A DNA stretch of 64,000 nucleotides from Octopus sinensis (GCF_006345805.1 NC_043012.1:27962001-28026000); one strand, 5' to 3'; shown: positions 49,092 to 63,797, numbered from the stretch's first letter. Numbers and translations are program-made. The notes: generated by a model not told the origin, from the letters alone.

Positions 49092-49243
49092 ATAATATAA
49101 TATATATATATATATATACACACATACATATATACATATATATATATAATACATATATATATATATAAGTTCAGGATTCAAGTGAATCAGGTCTTAAAAA
49201 GAAAAGTATCAGAATCGGGTGTGAAATCCATTTGTTGTTATTT

Positions 49244-49380
49244 AGCTTGCTTACCAATCACATGGTTCCGGGTTCAGTCCCACTGCGTGGCACCTTGGGT
49301 AAGTGTCTTCTACTACAGCTTCGGGCCGACCAAAGCCTTGTGAGTGGATTTGGTAGACGGAAACTGAAGGAAGCCCATCG

Positions 49381-49414
<34 letters not shown>

Positions 49415-49628
49415 CATGTATATATTTGTGTGTTTGTGTCTATATTTGTTTCCCCACCATCGCTTGACAACCGATATTGGTGTGTTTACGTCCTCGTAGC
49501 TTAGCAGTTCGGCAAATGAGATCGATAAAATAAGTACCAGGCTTACAAAGAATAAGTCCTGGGGTAGATTTTTTCGACTAAAAGCAGTGCTCCAGCATGG
49601 CGTCAGTCAAAACTGACAGAAACAAGTA

Positions 49629-49633
<5 letters not shown>
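49244..49633 (+). mobile_element. SINE family A
   Basis: agcttgcttaccaatcacatggttccgggttcagtcccactgcgtggcacc...gcagtgctccagcatgg. Confidence 0.9.
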
Positions 49634-49673
<40 letters not shown>

Positions 49674-52283
49674 CATATTTACGCATCGAAATGCGTGCAT
49701 GCACACAAATACGCGTGCGTACACCCTCGATTACATGTTGATATAATCACATAAATATTTATACATATAAAGGCGTGCGCGAACACATACATGCGTGCGC
49801 ACGTTTACAAAATTATCAATTACCAACAACTTACAATCGGCGAATGAGAAGAATCTTGTCTCAATAACCATGACAACGAACAAGATAAACATCACCAGCA
49901 TCATCATCATTATTATCCTAATCATCATCACCTACCGCTAAAGCAACATAACGACAAGCACGAAAATTATTGCTCTTATTATCCTGGTCATCATCATCAT
50001 CATCCTCAACTGCAAGCACCATGCAATCATCACCACTTTCACAAACTTCAACATCAACCAGCTCTACCAATATTATTAGAACTACAAAACCATCCCTACC
50101 TACAATAACAGTTTCCGGCAAAAAACATATTAACTAAAAACCGCATCTCCTATACGACTGCTAGCAACACAAACACAGCTATCATTTAGCAGAAACATTA
50201 GAAAGCATTTACAGTAACGATCACTTTATCAAAAATCAAGAGTCATATCTACAACGGCAGTAACAGTAATCACAAACACAACACCCCCCAACAATCCACC
50301 ACTACCAACGACAACAATAACAGATACAACTGTTGACAGCACTAACAGTATTACAAGCAGGGATACGATGTGCCGGTGTAGATGTCGACAGCGTTGTCAG
50401 TCTTATAAGAAGGCAGCATGTGCAAACCCCATGTCACGCAATTCCATAATTTCTCTCTTTATCAGCCTGTTGCTTCCTACTGGAATATGTGCCAACTGGA
50501 TGTGAGTAGATATTATTTCAGCTTTCTCTTTGATGTTTTATAATTGTCTTTGAATATTTAAAAATTTTCAGTTTTAACACTTATATTTTATATTTAAAAA
50601 AAAGAATTTGTATTGTTTTCCTTGTTATTAAAATGAAATAATTACGTTAAATGCAGGTAAGTTTCCATTTCCATATTGTCCCAGGTTTCGTCTTTAACGT
50701 TACCGTTGATTGGAAAAAATAAAATATTCCAGTAAATGAGACTGGTACTTGTCTATGCAGAATGGCATAGATTTTATCGAAGCTAACTACTGGCATTTTA
50801 TCAACTACGGAAGGCGGATAATTAAGTTGGCCTCAGATGAGAACATAAATTTCGGTATTACCCCCTGATCAGTCCCTACTGTAATTGTAACAATAATGAT
50901 TTCTTACAGTAACAATCACTTTATCAGCGATTGATTACAAACATCAATAGCTTTTCATACAAAAAAGTTCCGTACTTTGACAATAATTTTTACACCTTCG
51001 CTGTCACTTTCTGATAACTATTAAGTTTCATGCTCACGAAAACTAATGTCATTACTTTTTTTTGAAACAGAAACAATATCAGTGAATAACAGCTTTTCTT
51101 TTTAATCATTATTTGGTTGTAGATGGTCTAATCGGTATTGGCATACATAAACACGATAATATTTAATCACGTCTTATTACATTTTGAGTTGAATCTCATC
51201 GAGGTTGACTTTATGAGTCCGTTAAAATAAGTAAAGATATTGATTCAATCACTCTATCTTGAAACATATGAAATGGTTCTTAATTCTCAGTAACTGCTTC
51301 AGAGAAAAGCATGAGTAATAGAACTTAGCGTTTGCTATCCAAGTAAGAAGATTTTGTAATTCACATATTTCCAAGCGTTAGCATTACAGATATTATTCTT
51401 CGAAGTAAGAAATGAAACAAGGTGTCAAAATTTTAATGCTCATAAGGTCCTTGCATCTGATAGATTGCTATATTAACCAGAAACAACAGCTGTTTGATTG
51501 ATGGAAGGCATTATTATTTTGGCTTCTAACAAATGCTGAATTGTAAATTCCAAAGCCATCCAGTCAATTCTTGATACACGAGTTTTGTTTGCGGGTATGA
51601 TGACAGACTTCTGTTGCATTTTCTTCAGCTAGAGAAGTAATGGGAATTGAATTCAAAAGTCGATGGAGATAATTCAAAATTTTAAAGCATACAGATATCT
51701 TCTGATAGGTGAAGGTATTTTTATGTGAACTCCAGTTTTCTTCTAACAAAGTAAACTGATGCCAGAAGTATATCATATCCATTAGGGAAACCCTTTTTCC
51801 GAAATCATTTTATTAGACTCCCCTTTGTCGTTCATTTTCTTTTTAATATGCCAGGCATTAAAAAATGTATTAAGGTAAGGGTTGACAAAGTTAGAAGCTA
51901 ATTCAAACAGACTTGGTAGAGAACATTGAGAATTCGAAAGAGTTTGAAATAGCCCCATGCTTCGTAGTGAAGGAGAATGGTGCGGGAGTGGTGGTAAAAT
52001 GTGAAATAAATGCTATTTTTCGAAAATGCTTTTCAGAATCGTCATTGATGTTGTATGAAACACGGGAATACAAAAAAACAAAATGATAAAAAAAAAAATT
52101 ACCCTTTCTTTTTCTCATGTGGTATGGAACTAAGGTACAACTATTCAAAACTCTGCCGAGAATTCTAGTTTAGTCAACACACAATTTATATTCATCTCCA
52201 CTTTGGAAAAGACGAGATAAAATTGAAAGTAAAGTAGGGAAGAGCACTTATCACAGCTTTACCTTTACAAGCTAAATACTCAT

Positions 52284-52309
52284 CTATATATATATACATA
52301 AAACTGAGA

Positions 52310-52351
<42 letters not shown>

Positions 52352-52500
52352 ATCACTAAAACTCAAGAACTACCCTACCAATTTTATTCAAATTTTACAC
52401 ATGCCTTACCTAAGGTCCCGGAGTGTCATAGGCACCCGTAAAATTTCAACTACTTGCCTAATGCGAGACCGGAGCAATCACTTATCTCTTAAAGTGAAAC
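52284..52500 (+). mobile_element. Possible non-autonomous Helitron 5' end
   Basis: A|TCtatatatatatacataaaactgagaatat(gt)n start; no 3' CTAG end found. Confidence 0.3.
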
Positions 52501-52579
52501 AATAATATTTCTCTTCTATGTGGTATGATAGTTTCACTATTATACGGTTTCAATTTCAATTACTTTCACTATGTATTTA

Positions 52580-52601
52580 TGTACGTGTTTGTATATGTAT
52601 G

Positions 52602-52642
<41 letters not shown>

Positions 52643-52703
52643 TTATATCTTTGTATATATCTTTGTATATATATATTATATATACATATATATACATATA
52701 TAT

Positions 52704-52754
<51 letters not shown>

Positions 52755-52830
52755 CTTTGTATATATCTTTGTATATATATAATATACATATATATATATA
52801 TATATATTTATATCTTTGTATATATCTTTG

Positions 52831-52895
<65 letters not shown>

Positions 52896-52933
52896 TATTT
52901 ATATCTTTGTATATATCTTTATATATATATATA

Positions 52934-52987
<54 letters not shown>

Positions 52988-53062
52988 GTATATATATATG
53001 GATATCCATATATATGGATATATATGCTTACGTTTATATATGTATGTATATGTATGTATATT

Positions 53063-53107
<45 letters not shown>

Positions 53108-53189
53108 ATATATGTATATGTGTATATTTATGTGTATGTATATATATGTGTATATATATATGTATATATGTCCATATTTATATGCATAT

Positions 53190-53220
<31 letters not shown>

Positions 53221-53355
53221 TATATATATATGCATATATGTATATATTTATATATATATACATATATATATGTATTTGTATATATGTATATATGTATAGA
53301 TGTATATGCATATATCTGTGTGTGTGTATATGTATATATATATATTTATATGTCC

Positions 53356-53387
<32 letters not shown>

Positions 53388-53559
53388 ATATATATGCATG
53401 TATATATATATATATATATATGTATGTATATATGTCCATATATATATGCATATATATATGTATGTATATGTATATATATATACATACTTATATATACAAA
53501 TATATATATAGATATATATACATATATATGCGCATATAAATATATATACATATACACAT

Positions 53560-53593
<34 letters not shown>

Positions 53594-53613
53594 GCATATA
53601 CATACATACACAA

Positions 53614-53646
<33 letters not shown>

Positions 53647-53769
53647 CATGTATACATATATGCAAATACATGCACACACACATATATATGTGTATATATA
53701 TGCATATATATATGTGTATATATACATGTATATATATAATATATATAATATATATATATATGTATATTA

Positions 53770-53858
<89 letters not shown>

Positions 53859-53870
53859 TATATTTTATTG
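52580..53870. repeat. ~1.3 kb TA-rich compound microsatellite
   Basis: Direct reading. Confidence 0.98.
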
Positions 53871-54199
53871 TGTTCAGTAAATATTGTTTTGAGCCATACT
53901 TTGCCTATACGAGATGAGCATGTTAAGTAAAATTTGGAAGGAAAAATACACCTATGTACTATTGATGAGGATTTTCTAAAATTGAGTACACTTTCAAGTT
54001 TATACGAATTATCACTAGTGCAACATGGCATGCCATCCAGTTAAATAAAAGTATGACTAAATGAGGACTCTTATTATTTTTACGCTAAAAGTTAAGCCTT
54101 ATATTTAGTATAAAACAAATCTGCAATAACTTCTTTAAGTTTCAAGGGTTAATAGTCTGACAAAAGACTAGACAACTATTCACTTTTTCCTCGCTTATT

Positions 54200-56962
54200 A
54201 GTATTATTGGACGATTGGAATGGGATGCGGGATGCGCGCAGAAATCGTGTCAGAGTCGCCGATAGGAGGTTGAGATTTAACAGCCTCTAAAACTTTCTCA
54301 GGCGCTTCCAACTGTTTGATTGGTTTCGTCTTGATTTCCCTAATGTGACAATGAAGAGTTAGTCAAATCATAGTCAGTTATCCAAGTTGGTTATCTTAAG
54401 TCGTACTTTCAGGTCAAGAGAAAGTTTTCGTATTAGTTGTCCCCAGTTCCAGCTAGGTGGCTACTCGCATCATAAATGCATTACGTTAACAAACTTAGAA
54501 AACCGAATAGAAAGATTTATATCAAGAAAAATTAATGTCAACTGGGAATTGACGGGATCCTTCATCCACAAGTAGTGGATTTCGTTAAAAAACAGAAATT
54601 AAAAAAAAAAATCTGTTACCTTTACCAAAGAGATAGCTATGCAAAACAACAGATTAAAAGATGAGCTAGTTTGCCGCATAGAAAGGGTGTATAAAAGGGG
54701 TGTTGCAAACCATCTGCAATTGCTAAGAATAGCCACCAGCGTGTCGTTTGCGGAGCTTCTCCGATTTCTTCGCTGCCTTGTTCGATCTAGAGCGCCTGTG
54801 CTGAAATGTGAAGGCATGAAAGCCGTCCATTAATCCTAGATGGAGGAGGTGCAGCATAGAAACAAAGCTAGAATTCGGTCCATGAAGGACTGTAGCAGGG
54901 GTGTGCACTTCGATTGCAGCACCACTAAAAACCGTTTTCGATGAATAATGGACTTTGTATCTACCTCTATAGTCTACTATAACTATTTATCAAGGAGACT
55001 GAGTGCTGCGAAAAGCCGATTTAAACTGATGATATGGCGGACGTCCTTAGCCGCGGTGTGAGAGTGGAAATCGCCAGAATTGAATGGTCAGCCTTCCGAT
55101 TTTATTTCCACATGCCTGGCTTGTTTGCTTCTGTCTTGACAGCCGTCTGCAGCAGCTGATAGCAGAGTGAGTCGGTATGCAGTAATGCTGCGGACAAAAG
55201 ATCCTAGCAAGGTGAACGTGATAGAAAACATCCGACCCATAACTATACTCAATACCGAGTATTTTTGCAAGAGACATGGCGCTGGTCGTCAGAAGTTTAA
55301 TCGGAGACGCGTAAACGTGTGATCTCTGGCAAATTAGTAACAACCTCTATCTCGAGTCAGGAATCGATTTGGCTTTGGTGGGGCACTGATAAATTTGGAT
55401 TAGTTCAAAGTATTTGACTGAAGCACAGCTACTGGCGTTGTTTTAAGATAGTCGAGTTTGGTTTCATCGTTAGAGTCTGGCTTGCTATAATGTACACCGA
55501 AATCTGTTCAGTGATCAAATTAAACTACTACTTCTCGTAACCATGTAGCATCGTCTGATCGATTCGCCAGGGGATCTTCCCTCCCCACATCCTGTATGTT
55601 TTGGTTCAAAAGCTTTAACTGCAGAAGTTAGAGACTTTGAAAGGTATCCCGTTCGAACCGTGTTACAGGAGAGCCGTGTTGGCATATACAGATGACATCA
55701 CTGTCAAGGTGTCGGCCATTTCGGATAAAAGGAGCGATCTTCGCTATACTTTAAGAGTACCAAGAATATATAAGAGGACATAGATCGGGATTAGCTGGTG
55801 GGCTTTTTTCTAGATTCTTGGAGAAGCAAGTCTATGTCTACGCGTGGTGATTTCTGTAACTGGATCAATTGATGGGGCTTGAAATCTGGTCCGGACCTGA
55901 CCTCCAGATGAATAGAAACTGGTCGTAAAAAGGGTTGTTAATCACACTCAATAATGGGCTGAAGTGGTTAATACATATATCGCCTTGATGTTATATCACA
56001 GCCTAACCGTCCTTCTTTTTCCCAAGAAACTATAGACCAGACTGGAGCACAAACTGTTCTGCTTCTTCTGGATGTTCTACTGATTAGAAACTCCATCTGC
56101 GGCCACATCCACTTCGTAGTCGTGTCAAGATAGCGCCTCTATGATGTAAAGGCACACACTGAATTACTAACGTACCTGTAGAAATTTCTATAAACATTTC
56201 CACGATAATAAGGACGATGAAAACGAGGGTGAAGCAGTTTGCGCGTCCTTTGTGCGACACATCTTTTCGCAGCTCATCTCCATGACCGTCCTATATTATG
56301 GGTAGAACGAAGTTGGGGGTCTGGCATCTAGAACATTTCCGGCTCTCACAGCATTCTTCTGGCTGGACAAAGCCATTGAGGGCAAAACAATGCTAAATTT
56401 CTATAGAGAGCTAGTTGAAGGTATAAGCGACAATAACCAAGCTTTGCACAAATTGAAAATGTAAGAGGTGTGGTGCTTAGCGAGAGGAGGATAACACGGG
56501 AAGACAGCAAAATAGGAGTCCGAGCAATGGCTGCAACTACTTGTACTTTACAAAGATTTATCGTGCTTTCTCTTCCTAACGGGGAAAGAATGATAAAAAC
56601 GAAAGATAATACTATTGTATTCACACTGAAAGCAATTGGTTTTCGTTTCAATTTTTGTAAAATTGTTAGAAGGGACCTACTATCTGATTTCTATTTAAAT
56701 ACCTCCATTTCTTGGTGGACTTGACGATATTAACCTTGCTTCGATTAGAAAATTATTTTTTTCCTCTTAAGTATTTGTTGATAGAGTAATTTGCAGAGGA
56801 AAAATGCATCAGAGAGAAAGAGGGTGAGTTTGAAGAGAGCAGCAGTAATGTTATAGAGAGAGATGAAAGTGCGAAACCTAGGAGTCTTGTTGCTGGAACA
56901 ACTATTAGATCACATGTTGATAGTATTGTCTGTTTTGTGAGTAATATCAACACCACCGTCAT

Positions 56963-57039
<77 letters not shown>

Positions 57040-58420
57040 CGTGGGCAACATCACAACAATAATAATAGCAGCAGAAGCAACAGCAAATACAACATTAAGG
57101 ACGAAAGCAAAACAGCAATAACAAGACCGAAAAGAATAACAACAATAGCATCAAGAATGAAATCAACAGCAACAACTAGAGCAGTAAGAACAACAAAACC
57201 GTCTCCAAAACAGTAACAACAGAATCGGCAGCAATAAACTATGTCTTTTTCGAAGTTAGCTTTTAACTTGAAGATTTGAAAAGCAAAACTTTTCAGGTTC
57301 AACCAAATATTGTTAAAGCAGGAGTTATGTTTCACAGCGTGGAATATAGGACAAACTCCGAAAACAAACAATTGTTCATAAATGCATCTGTCAAATAGAT
57401 AGAAAACTTAACAGAAAAATGCCTAAATGTGTGGTCATCAGTATTACATATATAATGTTAGACAAAACGGGACGGTAGCTTTCATGCGTATTAGGGAGCA
57501 GGAAGTTCGAAGAATGGCTACAATAATAGAACTTTAGGAGTAAAGTTTTAGCATGACTTCTCTGTATATGGATAGATTAACTCGAACTCGAGGTATAAAC
57601 GTGTCGGCTCAGAGAGATCCAGGAAGAGTCTTAGCAACTCTGGAGGAACATAGAGAGATTGTAGAAGGGATGCGTTCCTCTGGTCAGACGTTCCATCTGC
57701 TGCTAGCGCCTTAAATCTGGAAGGATTGGCATGCTGTAAATGCTGATGTGCAGGCACACATTCCGATTACTCACCTATAGATATTCCTGGATGATGAGCC
57801 GGTGTGGGTACCGTTCGTAAGGCACATCTTTTTGCTGCTCGTCTAATTGACAGAGCTGTAGCCCTGTGCTAAGCAATGACCAAAACTGGACACCTGGCAC
57901 CGAGAGTGCTGTCAATAAGGCAATGGGATCGGTGGAAATTCTACGGTAGCAATTTACAGAGTGTGAGGTGAAGTGAAGAGCGATGACGTTCTCGGAGAAA
58001 TACTGAGTGTTAATGAGAACGAAGTTGTCAGTCTGTTTCAGAGAACTTTCGTGCCGGAGACTCCAATAGATAACTTCCAGAACTCCCTAGCTTGGCAGTG
58101 TTACAGAGGGGTGATATTTGCTCGAGATAAACTCTACAGGCATGCTGTCCGACGAGCTGGTCTGAAATGCGCACTGAGCGATGAAACTGTCCTGCACGTT
58201 CAGTGTCCAGGCATTGCTAACTTGTAGAGTTATGTCGCACAGCTTGTTGGACAAGTCCAGCCATCAGTCGAGTCTAGAGAAATGATTGCCACCTTCTATT
58301 AGCCGGGCATGGAAGGTAGTTTTCCTTTGTTTGATGGTTATAGGGAAAGAGCTTGTGTAATGGATGAAGCTGAAAGATATGGGGACAGATACCGTCCTGT
58401 TTGATACAGCCCTAGTCAAC
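54200..58420 (+). mobile_element. L1/Tx1-like LINE ORF2 remnant, heavily decayed, interrupted at ~56400-57590
   Basis: RPITILNT, ALINLD*FKVFD, AYTDDIT (YADD), C-terminal FQNSLAWQCYRGVIFARDKLYRH..SDETVLH (zf-RVT-like). Confidence 0.75.
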
Positions 58421-58435
58421 TATTCAAAATTTCAC

Positions 58436-58700
58436 TTCCTCCTCCCACCTTCCCCCTCCTCTCCTCTTCCTCCCTCCTTCCTCCTCCTTTCCCCTTCATC
58501 TCCTCCTCCTCCTACCATCCTCTTCCTCCTCCTCCACTTCCACCCCTCCCCATCCACCCCCTCTACCTCCTCCCCTCCCCTCCTCCCATCATCAACCTCT
58601 CCCCTCATTCCCTCCTCTCCTTCCCCCCTCCTCATCCTCTTCCTCCTTTCCCCTCCACTTCTTTCACATCCTTCTCCTCTACCTTCTTTTTCCAGCTCTT
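58436..58700. repeat. (CCT)-rich low-complexity tract
   Basis: Direct reading. Confidence 0.9.
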
Positions 58701-58739
58701 TATATTTCAACAGTTCTCCGTTTCTTTTAGCGATACATT

Positions 58740-60500
58740 GTCATCTTTTGAGACTGACACGGCAATGAGGGGGCACCTTTTTCATGGTTGTTTTTGATAG
58801 CTATACTTGGCTGATTATCCCTGATCTTCCTATCTTTGTTCATGTCTAAGCCATCTTTTTTTTTCTGTTGGCATTCCATAGTTCTGGCCCAACTTCCCGT
58901 TAATATAAGTCCCAACTCTGTAATACTTTTCTGGCTGAGGCCGGACAGTTAGAAACAATATAACTTATTGTTTCTTCTCCATCACTATATATCCTGTAGT
59001 TATTGTATTCTGCTTCATTGTGTGCTTTTTGTGGGTTTTGCTCTGGGTCCCGTAACTTTCAACCAGTGTTGGCATTTTACTTTGTCTATTTCTTTTCTGT
59101 TCAGCTTATTCTCGCATTTGCCATGCAAAGACTTTCCTTGCCATCATTGTATCGTGATGTTCTGTAGTTCCAGTTTCAACTTAGTCTGAGGTTGGAGGTA
59201 TATTATTCCCTATGTAATCCATTTGAATCTGGGTCTTTCAGGATGTTATAGAACAATATTAGGTCTTTACGGGTGATAACTAGATTCTTAATCCGAAAGT
59301 TGTCAATTGCATTGCACTCAACTGCTTTTCTGCCGTTGTTTTATTGATGGCATATGTACTTTCTTCTAGTGCTATATCAGTCTAGGCTTGGGCTTCAACT
59401 TCCATATTAGCTCTTGATCTTCTTGGATCAATTTTGTCGACGAAAGTCAAATGGCTGGTCTGTCGCAGAAGTATTTTCGGATCGGGCCCATAGATATTTT
59501 CCAGAAATCCCTAACTTGGCAGGGCTACCACAGACATTGCTGGTGCGAGACAAGCTCTACAAACACGGAAAGGCTGCCAAGCAAACTTGCCCGAGATGTA
59601 TGCAAAGCGACGAAACTATTCGCTATGCACTCATCGAATGTCCGAGAGAACAGTTATTTTCTATTTGTATTGCTTTTGTTCACTTGTATAATGCCTAACA
59701 CCATTTAATTTTGCCTTGATTCGTTGTTTCCCTTCTTCCACCACTACATTCAAACCTTTCAGCTTATTTCATGTCCACTCGTCGCTTCTCTCCTACTTCA
59801 GTCTTTTTCCATTTTCCTCTATGCCATGCATCCATTTTATTTAGATCTTTCCTGAGCTGAGTTATATCACCTTCCAGTCTTCTCTTCCACCAGGGTTCCT
59901 TACATTCTTCTTTTCTGTTTGCTTGATACTTAATCGCTTACCAACTCTGCAGTGCTAATTAACTTTCTCAAATCGGTGATAACGTTGCTTTCACTATATT
60001 TCCTTTCATGCTTTACTTTTGCTGTTTCACTTGCTATACAACATCTCTCCATATTCCAAAGATTTAGCTGGGTCTTATTGAATCTAGGATCACGAAACAA
60101 ATCTCTCAATCTTTAGAAATCAATCTTATTTCCTCCTCTTCTTCATTTTCATTCGACGTTTCAATGTCCGCCTCATCAATCACTTGATTTTCCACTTCCT
60201 CCACATTCAGACTTTCATCGTTTTCTGCATTATCAGTATCTTGGTAGGCTAAATTATCCCCAGTTCCTTAGTTTTCATTGTGAAACTCTATTCTTCACTT
60301 TTGACATCTGTCTCTTCTAAGTTACCTTCAATATTAGCATTCATGCTTTGTGATTCCAGGGCCTCTCATTCAACTGCGGTCGACTAATTACAGCGTCTAA
60401 TTTTAATTATCTTCCTATCAAATTGCTCACGTTGACCTTCCAAACGTTTTCCAAAGTCGAAACGCCCGTTTGCCCACACCACGTGCATCACCATTTTTTG
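58740..60500 (-). mobile_element. Decayed R4/Dong-like LINE remnant, interrupted by a Tx1-like zf-RVT fragment (59410-59660, +)
   Basis: WQGKSLHGK..QHWLK and EERLEGDITQLRKDL segments; insert LLVRDKLYKHG..CPRCMQSDETIRYALIECP. Confidence 0.55.
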
Positions 60501-60735
60501 CAAGAATGTGATAATTGTAATTTTATTATCTTCTTGGTTACATTTCCTTCAACCTTCGATCTCATAGTGTAAATTTATTCCCCTGCGGTTTTAAACCCGT
60601 GGTTTAAGTTCGCATTGTGAGAACTGCGGACGCCTGTACCCTCTGAGGTAAGCTGTTAACAGCCTCACACCCGTCATACCAGCCCTGACCGACGGCGTCG
60701 CGTCTACTTGCTTCCAAATGAAGCAACTAGTTGCT

Positions 60736-60810
60736 TGAAAATGATGCGGCAAGAAATATAGTCTCGAATTGCTAAATGACGAGACTATATTTCTTGCCGC
60801 ATCATTTTCA
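60736..60810. repeat. Perfect 31 bp inverted repeat with 13 nt loop
   Basis: tgaaaatgatgcggcaagaaatatagtctcg / cgagactatatttcttgccgcatcattttca. Confidence 0.97.
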
Positions 60811-61169
60811 TGAGATTTGCGTTTATGAGGTTGCGCAACTACCAGTGCTTTTATTGTGTGCACCTCTACTATGAAAGTCTCACCGACTAAAACTAAATGG
60901 CCCTTCACTGTCATTTGGTTCGACTAACTCACCGGACGTCAGACCGGTAATCTTCAGTCACGAGAGTGTTTTGTTGAGATACTAACTCTAGGACGATTAT
61001 CTGCTTAGATTAACGAGCTTATCCTGCCCGTGTGGCACGGCTAAACCGCCGAGGTTGACGTTGCCTTTCATCCTTTCGTGGTCAATGGAATAGACTTTTT
61101 CTCTCCCCTGAACTTGCAGACTTTGTGCCAAAATTTGACGCTGGAGCTACAAATATATAAAGCCCAATA

Positions 61170-62046
61170 CGAGGGATACCCCCAAAGAAACCGGAATTTT
61201 GCAATATTATTTTATTCACTTGGTTTTACATATTTACACTTTTACCGCCTGTATTCTGCATTTGAAGCAATGCATCGGTTCAGGCGCGTATTCCACTTTT
61301 CGAAGCAGTCTTGGAACTTCTGCGAAGTGATGCCTTTTAATACCTCCGTTGTATTTTTTCTCCCACATCTGCAAATTCCGTAGCACCAACTTTCGTCACA
61401 GGGAAAAGGTCCGGATCAACTTCCAACTGTTCTCTCAGTTCACGACACTCATTCAGTCGTGATTGCTTTTGATCTTCCGTGAGCAAGCGAGGCACAAATT
61501 TTGGTGCAACTCTTTTCATTCGCAATTCCTCGCTCAAAATTCATTGGCAGGAGCTCTAGGACACACCAGTAATATCAACAAGTTCGTCAATTGTTCGGTG
61601 ACGGTCCTCCAAGATCAGTTCGTAAGTTTTCACGATATTTTCATTCGTTTGGAAGGTCGACGGTCGTCCGAACGAGGTTGGTCTTCTAGCGACAAGTGAC
61701 CATTCCTAATGTGTGGAAACCACTCGTAAACTTGTTTGCTCATGGCAATGTCCTTGTAAGCTGTTTGAAGCATGACAATTGTTTTAGCCTCAGTTTTCCC
61801 CAGCAGAAAACAGAATTTCACGGAAATGCGCTGTTCCTTCGTTTCAGCCATCGGAAAAATCGACGAACAGGGGAGAGGCACTTCAGAACAAAGACGCACC
61901 ACGTGACAGTACGACTTCAACCGACGATATCAGTCAGTACACTGATGTCTGAGGGTTGCATCAAGTGGCTTCTAGCGGCGGAAGCCTGAACTACATCGGG
62001 TTTGTCCCTCAGAGAACGTTTTCGATTACTTTTGGGTGCCCCCTCG
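61170..62046 (-). mobile_element. Internally deleted mariner, TA-flanked
   Basis: TA|cgaggg...ccctcg|TA termini; EQRISVKFCFLLGK..VYEWF..EDQPRS; KFVPRLLTEDQK. Confidence 0.9.
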
Positions 62047-62307
62047 TATACCCATCATGACTACTCGTCTAATAGGGGTACACCAGGTACATCCATCAAA
62101 ACCACATGTGCGCATCATAGTGACCTCATATTAAGATAAACACCTAGCAGGGGCAACCAACTTAGAATTTTCTTCAACAGGTCCCTGAATAAGGGTTAAA
62201 GATGATGAAAACAACACCCATGTTACCAGGGATGAATTATTCAAACCCAAAAGAATACCTCTCAAGACTATGATGCTCCCCCACTACTTCTGCTCGTGTT
62301 GTTGTTG

Positions 62308-62348
<41 letters not shown>

Positions 62349-62617
62349 TGGGATTCTATTTATTTATTATTTCTTTCCCTAATTTCTATTATATATCCTC
62401 TGTTTTATCCCTTAATGTGGTAGTATCTCCCTTTGATTGATGTAAACCCCACCTGTTTTTGTTTTGGTACTTTTTAGTTTTTGCTTTGTTTTGTGAGCTG
62501 TTTCTCGTCCTTCGATATTGTCCTCCATGTCTTGGATCCATGTGGCCAATAAAAGAAATTATTCTCCTCCTCCTCCTCCTCCTCATTATTATTATTATCG
62601 TCATCATCATCATCATT

Positions 62618-63796
62618 ATATGTTTGACTTTTGCTTTGTATTTGAACAAGTTGGCTCCAATTCTCACCCAGAGACCTCAAGAGACAACTAGGCTGTCATA
62701 TATTTGGTTTCGCTTGTAGTATTGTTCTAGAAAATATTTAAGAAAATATAAGAAAATTATGAGTTTGTTTTAAAATTTGAGATTACATAGACAGTATTTT
62801 ACGTAGGATATGGGCAGTTCCCATGAGCACTTTGAATTTCTGCCACTTTGGGGTTTCCTGGTATCTGAGCTAGGTAGCAAACAGCCCCTTTTACTATCAT
62901 TCCTAGTGCACCTATGACAGCAAGTATTATTTTAGTCTTGAGGTTCCACATTTTGCCAATTTCTATTTCAAGATCTTTATACTTGCTCAGTTTTTTTTTA
63001 GGTCTCGACAGATACATTTATGCCGATTGGGATAGTCATATCAATGAGAAGGCATAATTTTTGTCTGAAGTCTTTCAATATAGTGTCTAGCCTATTCGCA
63101 TCTATCATCCTGTCAGTTTGAATGGTGAAGTCCCAGAGGAGTGAGATGTGATCATTTTTAAGCACTAGAGTGGTTTGTGTTCCCACCAGTTTTTATCATG
63201 GGGCAAGTCCAGGCTTTTGCAAATTACCCAGTGAATATATTGTGCAGCTCTATCATGCCTGTTGAGGTACTCTGTAGGCGCTAGAGGACTGCACTTGGAG
63301 ACAACATGATCAATGGTCGCATTTTGTTGTTGACATACACGACATGTTGGGCTACTGCCGTTCTTTAATATTTTGGCCTGGTAGTTCCTTGTAGGTAGGC
63401 ATTGATCTTGGGCTGCTATGATAAACCCTTCCGTCTCTGATTTTAGGCCAGAAGACACTAACCATTGATAGGTAAGGGCTTTGTCAACATCGGAATTAGT
63501 AGCTCTCTTTGGGTATTTGCCATTGAGAGGTTTTTCTTGCCATTTATCATTCAGAATATCTAAGGCAGCAGTTTTAGCACGGGTTTTCATGCGCTTAGCT
63601 TTTTCTGTGCTTGCTTCTAGTTCGTCTAATTCAGGAATTTGTTGAATTTGGAATTCACTTAGATATTCCTTTGTCTGTTTTGTTACTGAGTATGATGCTT
63701 TCTTGTTTTCATGCTCTGAGACAAGTTTTAATATCCAGTCATCAGAGTCAGGTAGGTGTTTAGGCCAATTGTGGCAATCTTCATTTTAAATTCCAG

Positions 63797-63797
<1 letters not shown>
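62618..63797 (-). mobile_element. 5'-truncated R4/Dong-clade non-LTR retrotransposon
   Basis: GLKSETEGFIIAAQDQ, CRVC..TIDHVVSKC knuckle, RHD, LLWDFTIQTDR..D..IDMTIP (RLE), KLSKYKDL, VIGALG. Confidence 0.92.

Noticed and set aside
49731-50380. Acidic or hydrophobic ORFs in A/C-rich sequence
   Set aside because: Decayed (ATC)/(AAC) low-complexity sequence with no recognisable domain or splice context.
51500-52150. Short ORFs with faint transposase-like words
   Set aside because: No convincing motif in any frame; left unassigned.
60920-60965. Minus-strand CTGAAGA followed by a hairpin
   Set aside because: No GAAA/UH or helix I partner in the correct order.
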